From IMG/VR virus record IMGVR_UViG_3300037882_001548, positions 1-63,403 of that record: DNA of 63,403 nt, one strand, 5' to 3'. The notes beneath the pieces are model-generated. The model saw only the letters and a program-made list of their open reading frames with translations, did no database searches and had not been told where the DNA came from. Every line of letters begins with the position of its first letter. The first letter of the stretch is position 1. This DNA is from a virus. Taxonomy: Duplodnaviria; Caudoviricetes. Positions 1 to 11,141 of this stretch are shown here, one piece after another. A program made the position numbers and the translations under genes.

Positions 1-2
1 TG

Positions 3-149
3 ATAGGCACTCGATCGCCCACAGTGGAGCAAGCTTACCTTATTGAATTGCATACTCATGGTATGGTTAAGCCTTACGACTTTATTTCACTAGAAAAGAA
101 AAAGGAATTAAATGAAAGAGCTAAGGCACTATCAAGTTCAAGCAATTAA
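3..149 (+). CDS. C-terminal end of a Cro/YdaS-like HTH protein (partial, foreign segment)
   Basis: Frame 3 reads IGTRSPTVEQAYLIELHTHGMVKPYDF..., resembling the G-R-P...A..IE..T.G.V...D tail of Cro-like regulators. TAA at 147-149; overlaps the helicase start. Confidence 0.4.
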   Translation: MGTRSPTVEQAYLIELHTHGMVKPYDFISLEKKKELNERAKALSSSSN

Positions 150-510
150 GGACATAGATGAGCAGTTTAATAAAGGAAATAAAAGGGTTATTTTGCATCT
201 CCAAACTGGAGCAGGGAAAACTCTTATTTCTACTTATCTTTTAAGAAGATCTATTGAGGCTGGTTTAAGGTGTCTTTTTGTTGTTAGAAGAAGAGAGTTA
301 GTTCATCAAACTTCTAGAGTTTTCAATGAAGAGGGTTTAAGTCATGGAGTTATTATGGCAGGAGAGCCTAATAAACCTCACATGCTTCTTCAAATATGCT
401 CTATAGATACTTTGAGAAACAGACAGCTTCCAGAAGCTCAATTTATCGTTATAGATGAAGCTCATGACTCTAATTCCGCAGCCTACAGAAATTTAATGAG
501 TCATTATGAT
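112..510 (+). CDS. N-terminal half of an SF2 (DEAH) helicase, truncated at a junction
   Basis: Q motif LRHYQ, Walker A LQTGAGKT, motif Ia VRRRELVHQ and motif II IDEAH are present. Motif III and the second RecA domain are missing. AAGGA SD-like sequence upstream; Arg codons only AGA/AGG. The end coordinate is approximate. Confidence 0.75.
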
Positions 511-1002
511 ATCACTTCTAAAAAACAAATAGCTAAAACAAATACTTATGCCTATCGTATAAATAATTTAGATAGAAAATTATTAAAAGATAAAACAATA
601 GATTCTTCATATATTATAAATTCAAAAGAAAAAAGAAGAAGTTTTTTAGCTGGATTAATTGATTCAGATGGTTATTTAAGTATTAATAAAAATAAAACAT
701 CACAATATTATGAAATAACTTGTTATAAAAAATTAACAGACAAAATAATAGATATTTGTAAATCGTTAGGGTATCGTATAGGGTTTAAGTCTTATGCTAC
801 ATATGATAGAATTACAATCAAAGGTAATGACTTGCATTTAATACCAACAAAAATAATAAAAAAGAAAGCGTTGCTTATGGATTCAATTGAATATAATTTA
901 TCGCCTATATCTGAATGTAAAGAAATAGGCATATCTCAATATATTGGTATTCAATTAAGTACGCCTCTTTTTTTATTAGACGATTATTCAATTGTACATA
1001 AT
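511..1002 (+). mobile_element. C-terminal part of an intein with LAGLIDADG homing endonuclease, inserted in TerL
   Basis: LAGLIDSDG at 646-672. C-terminal splice motif ...FLLDDYSIVHN ends at 1002 and is followed by Cys (TGC 1003-1005) as the +1 nucleophile. The N-terminal splicing block is absent. Confidence 0.85.
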
Positions 1003-2568
1003 TGCGGGATGTTCTCCAACTTAATCGAATCAAAGAACGCTATGGACGAAAATACAAAGCATGGTTCTACTCAAAAGTTCGGAACAATTATAATGGTGGG
1101 CACAGGGGGAGATATGAGTAGTAATGGCGGTACATACGATTCTCATAGAATGTTTTATGATCCTGATACATATGAAATATTGGCATTTCAAGATGAGTGA
1201 GAAAAACGTGGACGCATAGCTTACTTTATGCCCGCTTATTACGGTTTAAATCATCATAGAGATAAAGAAGGTCGTATTAACATTGTTGCAGCTACGGAAG
1301 AATTAAACCGTGAGCGTGAAATAAAACGCAAGTCTAAGTCAGGTAGACAGGCATTAGATAACTTAATTCAATATCACCCACTTGTACCAAGTGAGATATT
1401 CTTATCTCGTGAAGGTAATATATTTCCTGTATTTGAATTAAAAGAACGACTTAATAAAGTAGAGCAGCTTAATGCACAAGCATTACTCGAAAAGAAAGTA
1501 ACCTTGTCATTTGATAGCAGTCAACCAAGTGGAATTAACTATAAAATTGATATATCCAATAAATTAACAGCTGTAAATGATTATCCTTGAAAATCATCCA
1601 GTGATAAAGAAGGTGCTGTCGTTATTTATGATTTCCCAGAAACAAATGAATTGGGTAAAACACCCGAAGGTTTATACATAGTATGTCATGACCCTTATAG
1701 AATTGATAGCGCAGAAGGTGAATCTTTATCGGCTACTATTGTTATAAAGACAAAGAAGTATTTCAGACAATATGGACATGATGAAATAGTTGCTGTGTAT
1801 TATGGTAGACCCAGTCAAGGTAGAGAAGTGGTGAATGAAAATTTAATGAAACTTGGTATGTTCTATAATGCTAAAGTTCATTTTGAAAACAACGTAGGTA
1901 ACGTAAAAGAATATTTTGAGAAAATGAAAAAGCTATCTATGTTGGCTAAATCACCTACGACAATATTAAGTAAAAAAGCATCTTTTGATCAAGGAGAACA
2001 AACCAATAGAGGTATATCTATTAGTAATCAGCATATTAAAGAAGAAGCGCTATCTTATGTAAGAGACTGATTACTCGAAGAACGCGGTATATATGAAGAG
2101 CGTTCTGTGATAGAATACAAAGACAAATTTAATAATACTAAACGTAAAGTTAAAGTTGTACAAAAAGATTTATCAGGTGAAGAGATAAATCAAGAAAGTG
2201 AAGATTTTCAAACACGTAAAGTATTGCGTAACTTAGACTTAATTGTCGATAAAAAATTATTAGGTGAACTCATAGCCTATAACATGAAAGGTAACTTTGA
2301 TGCTGTATCAGCACTTTGTATAGGTATTGCTGGTATGGAAGATACGTACAATAAACATACTTTATTATTAGGTGAAGAAACACAAACATCAAATGAATTA
2401 GATTTTTTAATCTATAATAAAGCACAATTTGGGCAAGATTTATATGTACTACGAAAAACAGAAGAGATAAACAATCGCATGCTCAATGAAATAAACCAAC
2501 AAAACGGTAATGGCAACTACATTGATACTGAATCATTAGAATACCAATTTTCAAAATTAAATATATAA
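1003..2568 (+). CDS. terL: terminase large subunit (C-extein; N-terminal part missing), code 4
   Basis: CGMF just after the Walker B position, GTGGDM coupling motif, nuclease motifs CHDPY, FENN, DWLLEER and GNFDAVSA. Three in-frame TGA (1198, 1588, 2068) join four ORF fragments; TAA at 2566-2568. Confidence 0.9.
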
Positions 2569-2569
2569 C

Positions 2570-5029
2570 ATGTTTCCAAAACAAAGATTATCTTACAAAG
2601 ATAAAATAAAAGACAATCAAAAATGAGCAGAAGACTGTATTAAATACATTTGTACATATTCTAATGCGTATTCAGGTACAAACGATGATGGTGATCATTA
2701 TCACAGCAGAGCATCTGAGGAATATCGCAATAAAGTTATCAATTACAAATTGTATAACAATCAGATTGACCAAAAAGAATTTGAGAGAGAATGTAATCCA
2801 TGAGGCTTAGAATTGGGTCAAACAAAAGATATTATTCAATCTTACAATAAAGCACCAACTAAGATACAAGCTATACTCGGTGAAGAACTTAAAAGACCTT
2901 TTGATTATATTTGCGCAGTAATAGACAACGAAGGTGTTAAGTTAAAGCAAGAGTCTTATAATCACGAATTAAAACACATTATTGAAAAAGATGTTCAAGA
3001 ATTTTCACAAAAATTACGTGATGCAATACAACATCAAAAAATAGACCCTAAGGATTTAGAGCAACATTTATCAGAAGAATTCAATGATTTAATTCCACAA
3101 ACCAAAATAAATAAATTCAAGTATTCATCTTATCAAGATAAGAATGAAATGATGAACGCTAAACTATTAAAGTTTATCACACGTTCTCAGAATATACAAG
3201 ATAAGAAGAATGATGCTTTTAAACATGCTATGTTATCAGGAGAAGAACTCTTGTGAGTAGGTATTCGTAACAATCGTTTTGTTATTGAGGTACTTAATCC
3301 ATTGAATACATTTTATCATAAGTCACCCGAATGTAAATTTATTGAAGATGGTTTATATGCAGGTTCACGCTATTATACAACTATATCGGATGCACTGGAT
3401 ACGTATCAAGATTATTTAACCACTGACCAAATAGATAGGTTAGAAAGTTACATGAACAATGGTAATGTTGTAGACCCACGAGATGCACCTGATGGAGAAG
3501 TCAGATTCTCTAATCGTAGTAATTTAAATGCTGGTCATTTTTTAGGTAGTGGTCATATGACTGCAACAGAAGGTTCATACGGACAAAATACTTATCATGA
3601 TGTATTAATTACGCATGTAGAATGAAAATCTCAACGCAAAGTAGGTTTTTTAACGTTTACAAACGAGTTTGGTGAATCAGAAGAAGTTATAGTCGATGAA
3701 GATTATGTCATCCCTAAAGACGCTAAAAAGAGTCGTGTACAAACAATTGGTATGAATACTGAATTAATTGATTGAGTTGATCCAATTACAGGTCAATCTT
3801 ATTCTATGCATTACAAATGAATACCCGAAGTATGAGAAGGTGTGCGTATAGGAGGTGATATTTATTGCTGTATTAGACCTAAACAATATAAAAGTGTAGA
3901 TTTAGATGATCCTTTTTCAATTGAGTTGGGTTATAGAGGTGTTATTTATAATAACATGAACGCTATCAATGTATCTATGATGGATAGAATGAAGCCTTAT
4001 ATTTACTTATATATGATTGTAGTACACAAGCTTAAAAAACTTATTGCGCACGATAAAGGTAAAGTATTTCATTTTGATACGTCTATGATACCAAAAGAAA
4101 TTGGATTAGATAAAGCGTTGCATTATTTAGATAATATGAATATTGACTTTTATAATCCATTAATGAATGCTGAACAAGCAGGTCAAGCACAGCGTGGTAA
4201 AGTAACTTCGGCTACGGATAGAAGTAATATGCAGCATATACTCAACTATGTACAATTAATGCAAGCGATTGACAATGAAATTTCAGATGTTGTTGGTATC
4301 ACAAGACAAAGAGAAGGTCAAACCAACGCAAGTCAATCCGTAACAAATGCACAGCAAGACTTAGTGCAATCTTACAATGTAACTGAGATATATTTTAATT
4401 TACATAATAAAGTGTGAGAGCGTGCTTTAGATTATACACTGGGTATAGCTGTACCATTTTATAAGCAAAATAATAAACTTATTCAGTATGTCTTGGATGA
4501 TTTGACTATGGAGACAATCAATATGTCAGAAATAGATGGCGATAGACGCGTTAAAGTATTTGTGACTAATTCTATCAATGAAAATAAAATATTCAATCAA
4601 TTACAAGCATGGGGTCAATCACTTATTCAAAATGACAAAGCTAATTTATCACATCTTATTACAATTCTCGAAGGGCGTTCAGTAGCTGAAATCAAAACAG
4701 AAATCAGAGCATTTGAAGCAGAATCAAATCAACGTGAGCAGCAAGCACAAGAAGCACAAATGAAAGCTGCACAAGAAGCTATGGCATACCAAAGAGAAAC
4801 AGATGTTATGTTGGAGCAAATGAAAACAGATAGAGAAATACAAAAAGCTGAAATATCCAGTTTTGCTTTTCAAAAAGACCAGGACATTGACGATAATGGT
4901 ATTCCTGACCAATTAGAGACAGATAAATTTATACATGACCAATACGTCGATGAACAGCAATTAAAGCTTAAAAAGCGAGAATTAGATATTAAACAGCAAA
5001 TAGCAAACAAACCTAAACCAGGTAAGTAA
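2570..5029 (+). CDS. portal protein (819 aa, code 4)
   Basis: ATG 2570 (MFPKQRLSYKDK). Eight in-frame TGA (2624, 2801, 3254, 3623, 3773, 3818, 3833, 4415) restore crAss-portal-type motifs VEWKSQRKVG and KWIPEVWEG. Also GITRQREGQ; directly follows TerL. Confidence 0.92.
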
Positions 5030-5067
5030 CAAAATACATTTTAAAAAGACACAGTTAAATAAATATG

Positions 5068-5124
5068 TTTACAATAAGGTGTTAATAAAAAATTAATAAA
5101 TTGATAATAATACCTTATTGTAAA
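5068..5124. repeat. 17-bp inverted repeat in the portal-scaffold intergenic region
   Basis: TTTACAATAAGGTGTTA (5068-5084) and TAATACCTTATTGTAAA (5108-5124); one G-T pair, 23-nt AT-rich spacer. Confidence 0.75.
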
Positions 5125-5163
5125 TAATATAATAAATAAAATTAAACTAAATACATATATATT

Positions 5164-6243
5164 ATGGATAACGAATACGAAGAATTAGATGAATTAAGTT
5201 TCTTTACAAAAGAAGAAAAGAAAGCACTATCACCTGATATACAAGAAATTGATACCACATTAAAAACTGATTCAGAAGAAATCGACACTGTAACTGATGA
5301 CGAAATTGTTATTGAGCAAGTTGAAGATAAAACTGAACAAATAGATGGTGATGAACCACTTGATACAAACAGTTCTATAAATAATTATTATGAATTTCTT
5401 GTAGAACAAGGCTTACTTGATGTAGAAGAAGGTTATGTTTTTGATGGTAAGGAAGAAAGTTTAGAAACATTAAAAGCACAAACTTTTAAAAATCAAAGAC
5501 AAGAATTATTCAATGAAATTTGAAATAATCTTAAACCAGACTTTCAAAAAGTATTACGATACGGTTTAGAAGGTGGTGAGAATCCTATGGAGGTATTAAA
5601 CGCATCAATCAATTGATTAGATGATGTCGATTTAACCAAAGAAGAGAATCAAATAAAAGTCATTGAAGCCAACTTAAAAGAAACAACATCTTTTTCAAAA
5701 GAAAAAATTGATAAGCTTATTAAAAGCTTCAAAGATAATGATGAATTATCAGGTGAAGCATACGATGCTCACATGGAGCTTCAAGAAATTGCTAAAACAA
5801 AAGAGGCTGATCTTATAACAAAAGCTAAGTTACAAAAGCAAGCCGAAGAACAACAAAATGTATTATTTGCAAAACAAGTCCAGCAAGCAGTTGTCAATAC
5901 CGATATTATTTCTAAGGAAAGAAAAGGAAAAGTAGCTGCGTTTATAGTTAATCCTGTAAATAAAAATGGCAGTGTTCAAACAGATATTACACGTGTTGTC
6001 AATAATATTTTAGCTAATCCAAATCATATAGTACAATTAGCTGATATACTATTTGATTACGATTTTGAAAAAGGTATTCAAACGGATAGATTTATCAAAC
6101 AAGGACAAATTAAGTCAATTCAATCACTGAAAGAAAAATTAGATAATAAGTTGGGTTCAGCTAAAGCTAACTCAACAAGCCGTAATAACGGATCTAATAA
6201 ATCAGGAGATTTAAATTGGGATGATTTTCTTAAAAACTGATAA
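5164..6243 (+). CDS. acidic putative capsid scaffolding protein (359 aa, code 4)
   Basis: Very acidic N-terminus and coiled-coil middle; sits between portal and MCP as in crAss-like phages. Fragments are joined by in-frame TGA; ends TGA-TAA (6238-6243). Confidence 0.65.
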
Positions 6244-6307
6244 ACATTAAAGAAAAAATAGAAAGTCTGAAATAAGACTAAATAAAAAAGAATAATAAAA
6301 AATAACT

Positions 6308-7789
6308 ATGTTAAAACGTTCACAATTAATTGTTAAAAAATACGAAGGTTTCGGTGGTAATTTCATTGATTCACAATATATGGGTCAATCATATGAAATG
6401 GGTAAGCCTCACATGATTCAAAGACCTTTACAAATGGTATTCACAGCAAAGAACGATATCTTTGAAAGAAAACCGTTAATGGCTATGATGGCTAAAATGG
6501 GTGGTACAAAAGAAATTGATACTGAAATTTATGGTTGGAATTTACAAGGTGCTGATACTAAATTTGCACGTATTGTAGAAGTATTAGACCCTACAAACTT
6601 AACACCAGGTTTAAATAATACAACATTTAGAATTAAATTAGACGTTGATTTTTACGCATCTCCTGAGGTTTTATTGGGTGCAACTCCTGATTATCCATTG
6701 ATGATTATTGATGGTCCAGTACAAGATGGTGTAGGTTATGTTTACACAGTACGTATTCAATCAGATAATCCAGCATTATCATATCCAGTACAATACTTAC
6801 AAGTAGGTGCTGAAATCTCTAAAGGTTGGACAACTGTATCATCAGAATATAACTTCGAGCGCGGTGGTTCTCAGTATCCAGGTGCATTTAAGTTACAATC
6901 TCAAATATCTGCATTTGGTCAAGAATATACTGTTACAGATAAAGCTATGCGTGAGCAAGGTCGCTTAGGTATTGATTTCCAATATGAAGACATTAATGGC
7001 AAGAAAACATCAATATCTCGTTTTATGCCGATGGTTGAAGCAAAATTGTACGATGAGTTATATAAATCAATTGAAGCTCAATTAACTTATGGTACTAAAT
7101 CAACTATTGCTGAAACAGCTAATAAATATGTTAAACGCACAGGTCCAGGTTTACGTCAACAATTATCTGACGGATGGATTGAGTATTATAGCGGTGCTTT
7201 AACAACTAAAAGATTCCAAGATTACTTAATGTCTATTCATCACACACGTACAAACGAAGGTGATAGAGATACAATAGGTATGACAGGTACATTAGGTGGA
7301 TTTTTATTTCATCAAATGTTACAAGGTGAAGCACGTTCATTCTTTACATTAGATACAAACTATGTTCAGAAAATTGCTAATTCATCAGGCTCATCTACAC
7401 AAGCGTTAAGCTTTGGTGCTGAATTTAAAGAGTATCATGGACCACAAGGTATCACAGTAAAATTAACTAAGAATTCTAATTATGATTCCCGTAATTTCTG
7501 TCGTATTGCGCATCCAACCAATCCTATGTTCCCAATAGATTCTATGCGTATTACATTCATGGACTTCGGTAAAACAGAAGGTGAATCAAATATTCAAATG
7601 CTTAAAATAAAAGATTTCTACAAAGACGCTATTGTTTTAGGTATGCATGGACCAAATGGTCCAATCAAAGGTGGTCAACCAGTTTCATTAGCTATTTCAG
7701 GTTATTCTAAGCATGTTGATGATAGCGCAGGTATTGTTGTTTATGACGCATCTCGTTGTGGTGAATTAATCTTCGATACTGAATATTAA
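6308..7789 (+). CDS. major capsid protein (493 aa)
   Basis: Size, position and high-expression codon bias; motifs RTGPGLRQQL and FGAEFKEY..P.G fit crAss-type MCP. All three Trp are TGG. Confidence 0.85.
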   Translation: MLKRSQLIVKKYEGFGGNFIDSQYMGQSYEMGKPHMIQRPLQMVFTAKNDIFERKPLMAMMAKMGGTKEIDTEIYGWNLQGADTKFARIVEVLDPTNLTPGLNNTTFRIKLDVDFYASPEVLLGATPDYPLMIIDGPVQDGVGYVYTVRIQSDNPALSYPVQYLQVGAEISKGWTTVSSEYNFERGGSQYPGAFKLQSQISAFGQEYTVTDKAMREQGRLGIDFQYEDINGKKTSISRFMPMVEAKLYDELYKSIEAQLTYGTKSTIAETANKYVKRTGPGLRQQLSDGWIEYYSGALTTKRFQDYLMSIHHTRTNEGDRDTIGMTGTLGGFLFHQMLQGEARSFFTLDTNYVQKIANSSGSSTQALSFGAEFKEYHGPQGITVKLTKNSNYDSRNFCRIAHPTNPMFPIDSMRITFMDFGKTEGESNIQMLKIKDFYKDAIVLGMHGPNGPIKGGQPVSLAISGYSKHVDDSAGIVVYDASRCGELIFDTEY

Positions 7790-7830
7790 TCAATAAAAAG
7801 AACAAACAAAATAATATAAAAAACCAAATA

Positions 7831-7877
7831 CCTCATAATTCGTGTACATCTAAAAAATGTACACGAATTCACTGAGG
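7831..7877 (+). promoter_or_regulatory. stable stem-loop downstream of MCP (mRNA stabiliser or partial terminator)
   Basis: CCTCA-T-AATTCGTGTACAT / loop CTAAAAA / ATGTACACGAATT-CAC-TGAGG; no clear U-tract follows. Confidence 0.65.
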
Positions 7878-7915
7878 GACTTTAAAAAATATGAAAAGTA
7901 AAAAAATATTTAACA

Positions 7916-8893
7916 ATGGACAAACTAAACAATAAAGTAATAGTGTATACCATACCGTCAAAACAAAGTGCCGTAGGTTTACATAATTTAGTATCTGACA
8001 ATGGTCGTCTTTTAAATAAGACTAAGTTTGGATTAGCGTGTGATGCTTTCAGTATATTATCTTCATCAAGTGTAGGTGGATTAAAAACAGGATTATATAA
8101 ACCGTGGTTTGAAAACGGAGAACCTGTTAAAGATGATAAAGGATATCAATTAACACTTCAAGACAAATACGAAAAACAATTTAATTTAGAAAAAGGTTAT
8201 TTAACAAATAAACCACAACAATCAGGTAATTTTGATGATAAAGCGACATTTATTCAAAACTTTAAAATGGTATTCAATGATGGCGCTACGGTGTTTGATT
8301 TAAACACATTAGATGGTGTTGTAGGATATCATGCAATGTTAGAAAGTAAATATATTGCTAATTCTGAAAAAGAATGGCGAGACCACAAATGACCACAAGC
8401 AAAGTATTATATTGCTCTTGAAAACGAAGAAGCTGAAATAAAATCTCAAAAGTATGCGATTAAATCAAAAGCTTTTGCTAATTTACATGACAGCGCCATG
8501 ACAGATAGTGCCAAACATAAACTGTGTGCTATCTTAGGTAAAGCACCTTCTAATACAGTTGTTAGTACAGATGTTATCAATAATACATTACATGAATTAA
8601 TAGATAAGTCATCTACTACACAAGATTCTGATATTAGTAAAATTACGGAACTATTTAATCTATTAAAAGACGCTAAGGGTAAATTTGAATTTGAAGCACG
8701 TTTTTTATTAAAGCAAGCACTTGATGCTCGCTGTGTATTTGAAAAACAAGGTAGTTATACATGGATAAGAAATACAGGACCAATTATTATTGGTGACACT
8801 TATACAGAAGCTGTGCAATTTTTCTTAGATCCTAAAAAAGATACATTAGTCAAAGATTTGACTAATGAAATAAAAGCAAAAACATATAATTAA
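7916..8893 (+). CDS. conserved crAss-like head-module protein downstream of MCP (325 aa, code 4)
   Basis: Two ORFs joined in frame by TGA at 8390 (HKWPQAKYYI). Syntenic with the gene that follows MCP in crAss-like phages. Confidence 0.7.
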
Positions 8894-8904
8894 AAATATA
8901 CAAT

Positions 8905-9648
8905 ATGTCAGTTAAAGAAATGCATTACGATTTTTTATTGAAATACGACAAGGTAGCTTCAAATCAAAGACGTAATTATACACCTGTTGAAATAGATTGG
9001 TTTCTGAATGAAGCGCAAAATGTATTTAAAAAACAACGCTTATTTGGTAATAATTCTAAGCAAACAGGATTCGAGGAAACTCAAAAACGCATTGATGATT
9101 TAGCTGTATTTCATGTTAAATATCCAGCACAACCTAAATCGACAGTTATCAAACACGATGATGTTGATGGAATTAAATTATATGAATTAAGATTAAATTC
9201 TTTAAAATATGAATATGAATACTTCATTAAAGGTTTTGTAACAGTACTTAAAAACAACTGTAAAATAAAAGCTAAAATGATACTTATTCAGAATGATGAT
9301 TTTGAAGAAAATATTAAATCTGCATTTGGATTAGATGAAGAAAATGTATTTATTAATTTTGGTAAATCTACTCAAGATAATGGATTAAATGATTTAAAAT
9401 CTATTTATATTTATTCTAAATATGATATAGATGAATCATCTGTTATGATAGAATATATTAAATCGCATGTACGCATTAATTATGAGCCATATGTTTATTT
9501 AGATAATTTATCGTATCCTGCAACAGATTCTCAATTTGCTAAAACAACACATACTGAAATAGTAGATATAGCAGTCATGCTGGCTACTGGAATAACAGAT
9601 AATCCACAATACAATGTGGCAAAAGAAAAATTGCTTGTCAACGAATAA
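8905..9648 (+). CDS. virion ring / head-tail adaptor protein
   Basis: EIDWFLNEAQ, GFEETQKRIDDL and HTEIVDIAV motifs resemble crAss-like ring proteins; synteny. Confidence 0.7.
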   Translation: MSVKEMHYDFLLKYDKVASNQRRNYTPVEIDWFLNEAQNVFKKQRLFGNNSKQTGFEETQKRIDDLAVFHVKYPAQPKSTVIKHDDVDGIKLYELRLNSLKYEYEYFIKGFVTVLKNNCKIKAKMILIQNDDFEENIKSAFGLDEENVFINFGKSTQDNGLNDLKSIYIYSKYDIDESSVMIEYIKSHVRINYEPYVYLDNLSYPATDSQFAKTTHTEIVDIAVMLATGITDNPQYNVAKEKLLVNE

Positions 9649-9685
9649 GTAATTTATATACATATATAATAAAACAATTTATAAA

Positions 9686-11044
9686 ATGTTTAAAAAATCA
9701 AATCGTAGAGCTTTCGCTAATTTCTTAGTTAATAAAAGAGGCGTGGCTATTTACAATACACCAAACACTACATTAACAGTACCTTCTACAAATGCAATAG
9801 TTGTTGCTGATGGTTCTATTGGCTTTTTTGACGCATCAGGTATGGGTTCAAAAGCAATCAATACATCATTAAATAACACGACTACATTAGCGCAGTCACC
9901 TGAATTTTTTATCTTACAAGGTAATGAAAACTCAGCTACACCGTGGGTTAATAATTCTACTGGTCCACTTTGGACACGTCCTTACGAGCGTTCTAACACA
10001 ATCGAAGGTCAAGGTATTATCAGTGTAACCAAGCAGTCTTACGCTAAACCTACACATTCTACGTGGGTAACAGGTGGTCCTGCTGGTGCTATTGTCGCTC
10101 AACCAAACAAAACATATCAATTGGGTGTTGCTTTTAGAGGTCATCAAATGGAAGAGTATTATTCTACAGAAGAAGCGTTGTATGTAAATGCATCATTTAC
10201 AACACCTGATTATGTAACTTTAGCTACACCACGTCCATTAGACCATATGATTCAAAACTTGTTGTATACATTTAATCGTAATTCATCTGAGTTAACAATC
10301 AACGCTGTAAATTTAAGAGGTAATTATCCAGTCATTGCATTTGCTGTTGATACAACAGGTGCTACGGGTACACTTATTTCTTCATTGACTGCTAATACGT
10401 TTTTACCAGTAGTTAATACACCAAACGGTGTAAAAGGTATTTATTTGACTTCTGATATGGTTGATTCATTAAAAGCAAGTATTACTGCATCAAATGCTAA
10501 TATTCCAGGAGCATCAATTATTACAATTGATTTAGCTACTGCGGGAGCACTTGCAGGTGGTAATGCCAACGCATTTATGACAATGGCTTTAGACAATCGT
10601 CCGGCATATTTTGATTATGGTACGAAATTTAAAAACCAAATCATTGTAGGTTTAACTTCTGGTTTTGACTCATCTGTTGTACGCAATAAAGAGTATTCAT
10701 TTGCATTTGAAGGACAAGGCACAGGTGTTCAATTAGATCGCATGTATCGCAATGACCACGGTCAGCGTAAATATGATTTAATTAATGTTGAGCATCCTAT
10801 TGTAGAATTCCCGTCACCTATTGACAAGACAGATACTTACAATATGTATGTTATCACACATCAAGCATCTCAAAGCAAAAGTATCAATCAAGGTTTTGAT
10901 TTCTTCCATAAAGAAATGATTTTAGTTCCTACATTGGTTAAAGGAGTTGTTGATGTTGCTGCAAATCCACAAGTAACTGCATTAGATTCATTCTTAAACA
11001 CTTATTTAGCTTCTGCTAATAAATCAGGTGTAACAGTAATATAA
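9686..11044 (+). CDS. abundant structural protein, probably auxiliary capsid protein (452 aa)
   Basis: T/N/A/G-rich, strong codon bias, no TGA, followed by a terminator; syntenic position after the ring gene. Confidence 0.6.
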   Translation: MFKKSNRRAFANFLVNKRGVAIYNTPNTTLTVPSTNAIVVADGSIGFFDASGMGSKAINTSLNNTTTLAQSPEFFILQGNENSATPWVNNSTGPLWTRPYERSNTIEGQGIISVTKQSYAKPTHSTWVTGGPAGAIVAQPNKTYQLGVAFRGHQMEEYYSTEEALYVNASFTTPDYVTLATPRPLDHMIQNLLYTFNRNSSELTINAVNLRGNYPVIAFAVDTTGATGTLISSLTANTFLPVVNTPNGVKGIYLTSDMVDSLKASITASNANIPGASIITIDLATAGALAGGNANAFMTMALDNRPAYFDYGTKFKNQIIVGLTSGFDSSVVRNKEYSFAFEGQGTGVQLDRMYRNDHGQRKYDLINVEHPIVEFPSPIDKTDTYNMYVITHQASQSKSINQGFDFFHKEMILVPTLVKGVVDVAANPQVTALDSFLNTYLASANKSGVTVI

Positions 11045-11071
11045 TCGCTTAAATTTAAAATATTAAGATAT

Positions 11072-11110
11072 AGGGAAGGTAATTAAAACTCACCTTCCCT
11101 TATTTTATTT
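11072..11110 (+). terminator. intrinsic terminator
   Basis: AGGGAAGGT (11072-11080) / ACCTTCCCT (11092-11100), followed by TATTTTATTT. Confidence 0.8.
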
Positions 11111-11141
11111 ATAGTATATAAATTATTAAAGACACAATATA

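Noticed and set aside
112-1200. A genuine novel helicase-homing endonuclease-terminase fusion protein
   Set aside because: Both the helicase and the intein are cut mid-domain, and codon/SD style changes at ~510; a chimera is more parsimonious.
4874-4920. EF-hand-like DxDxNGxxD motif at the portal C-terminus as a separate feature
   Set aside because: A short motif inside the portal tail, with no evidence of independent function.
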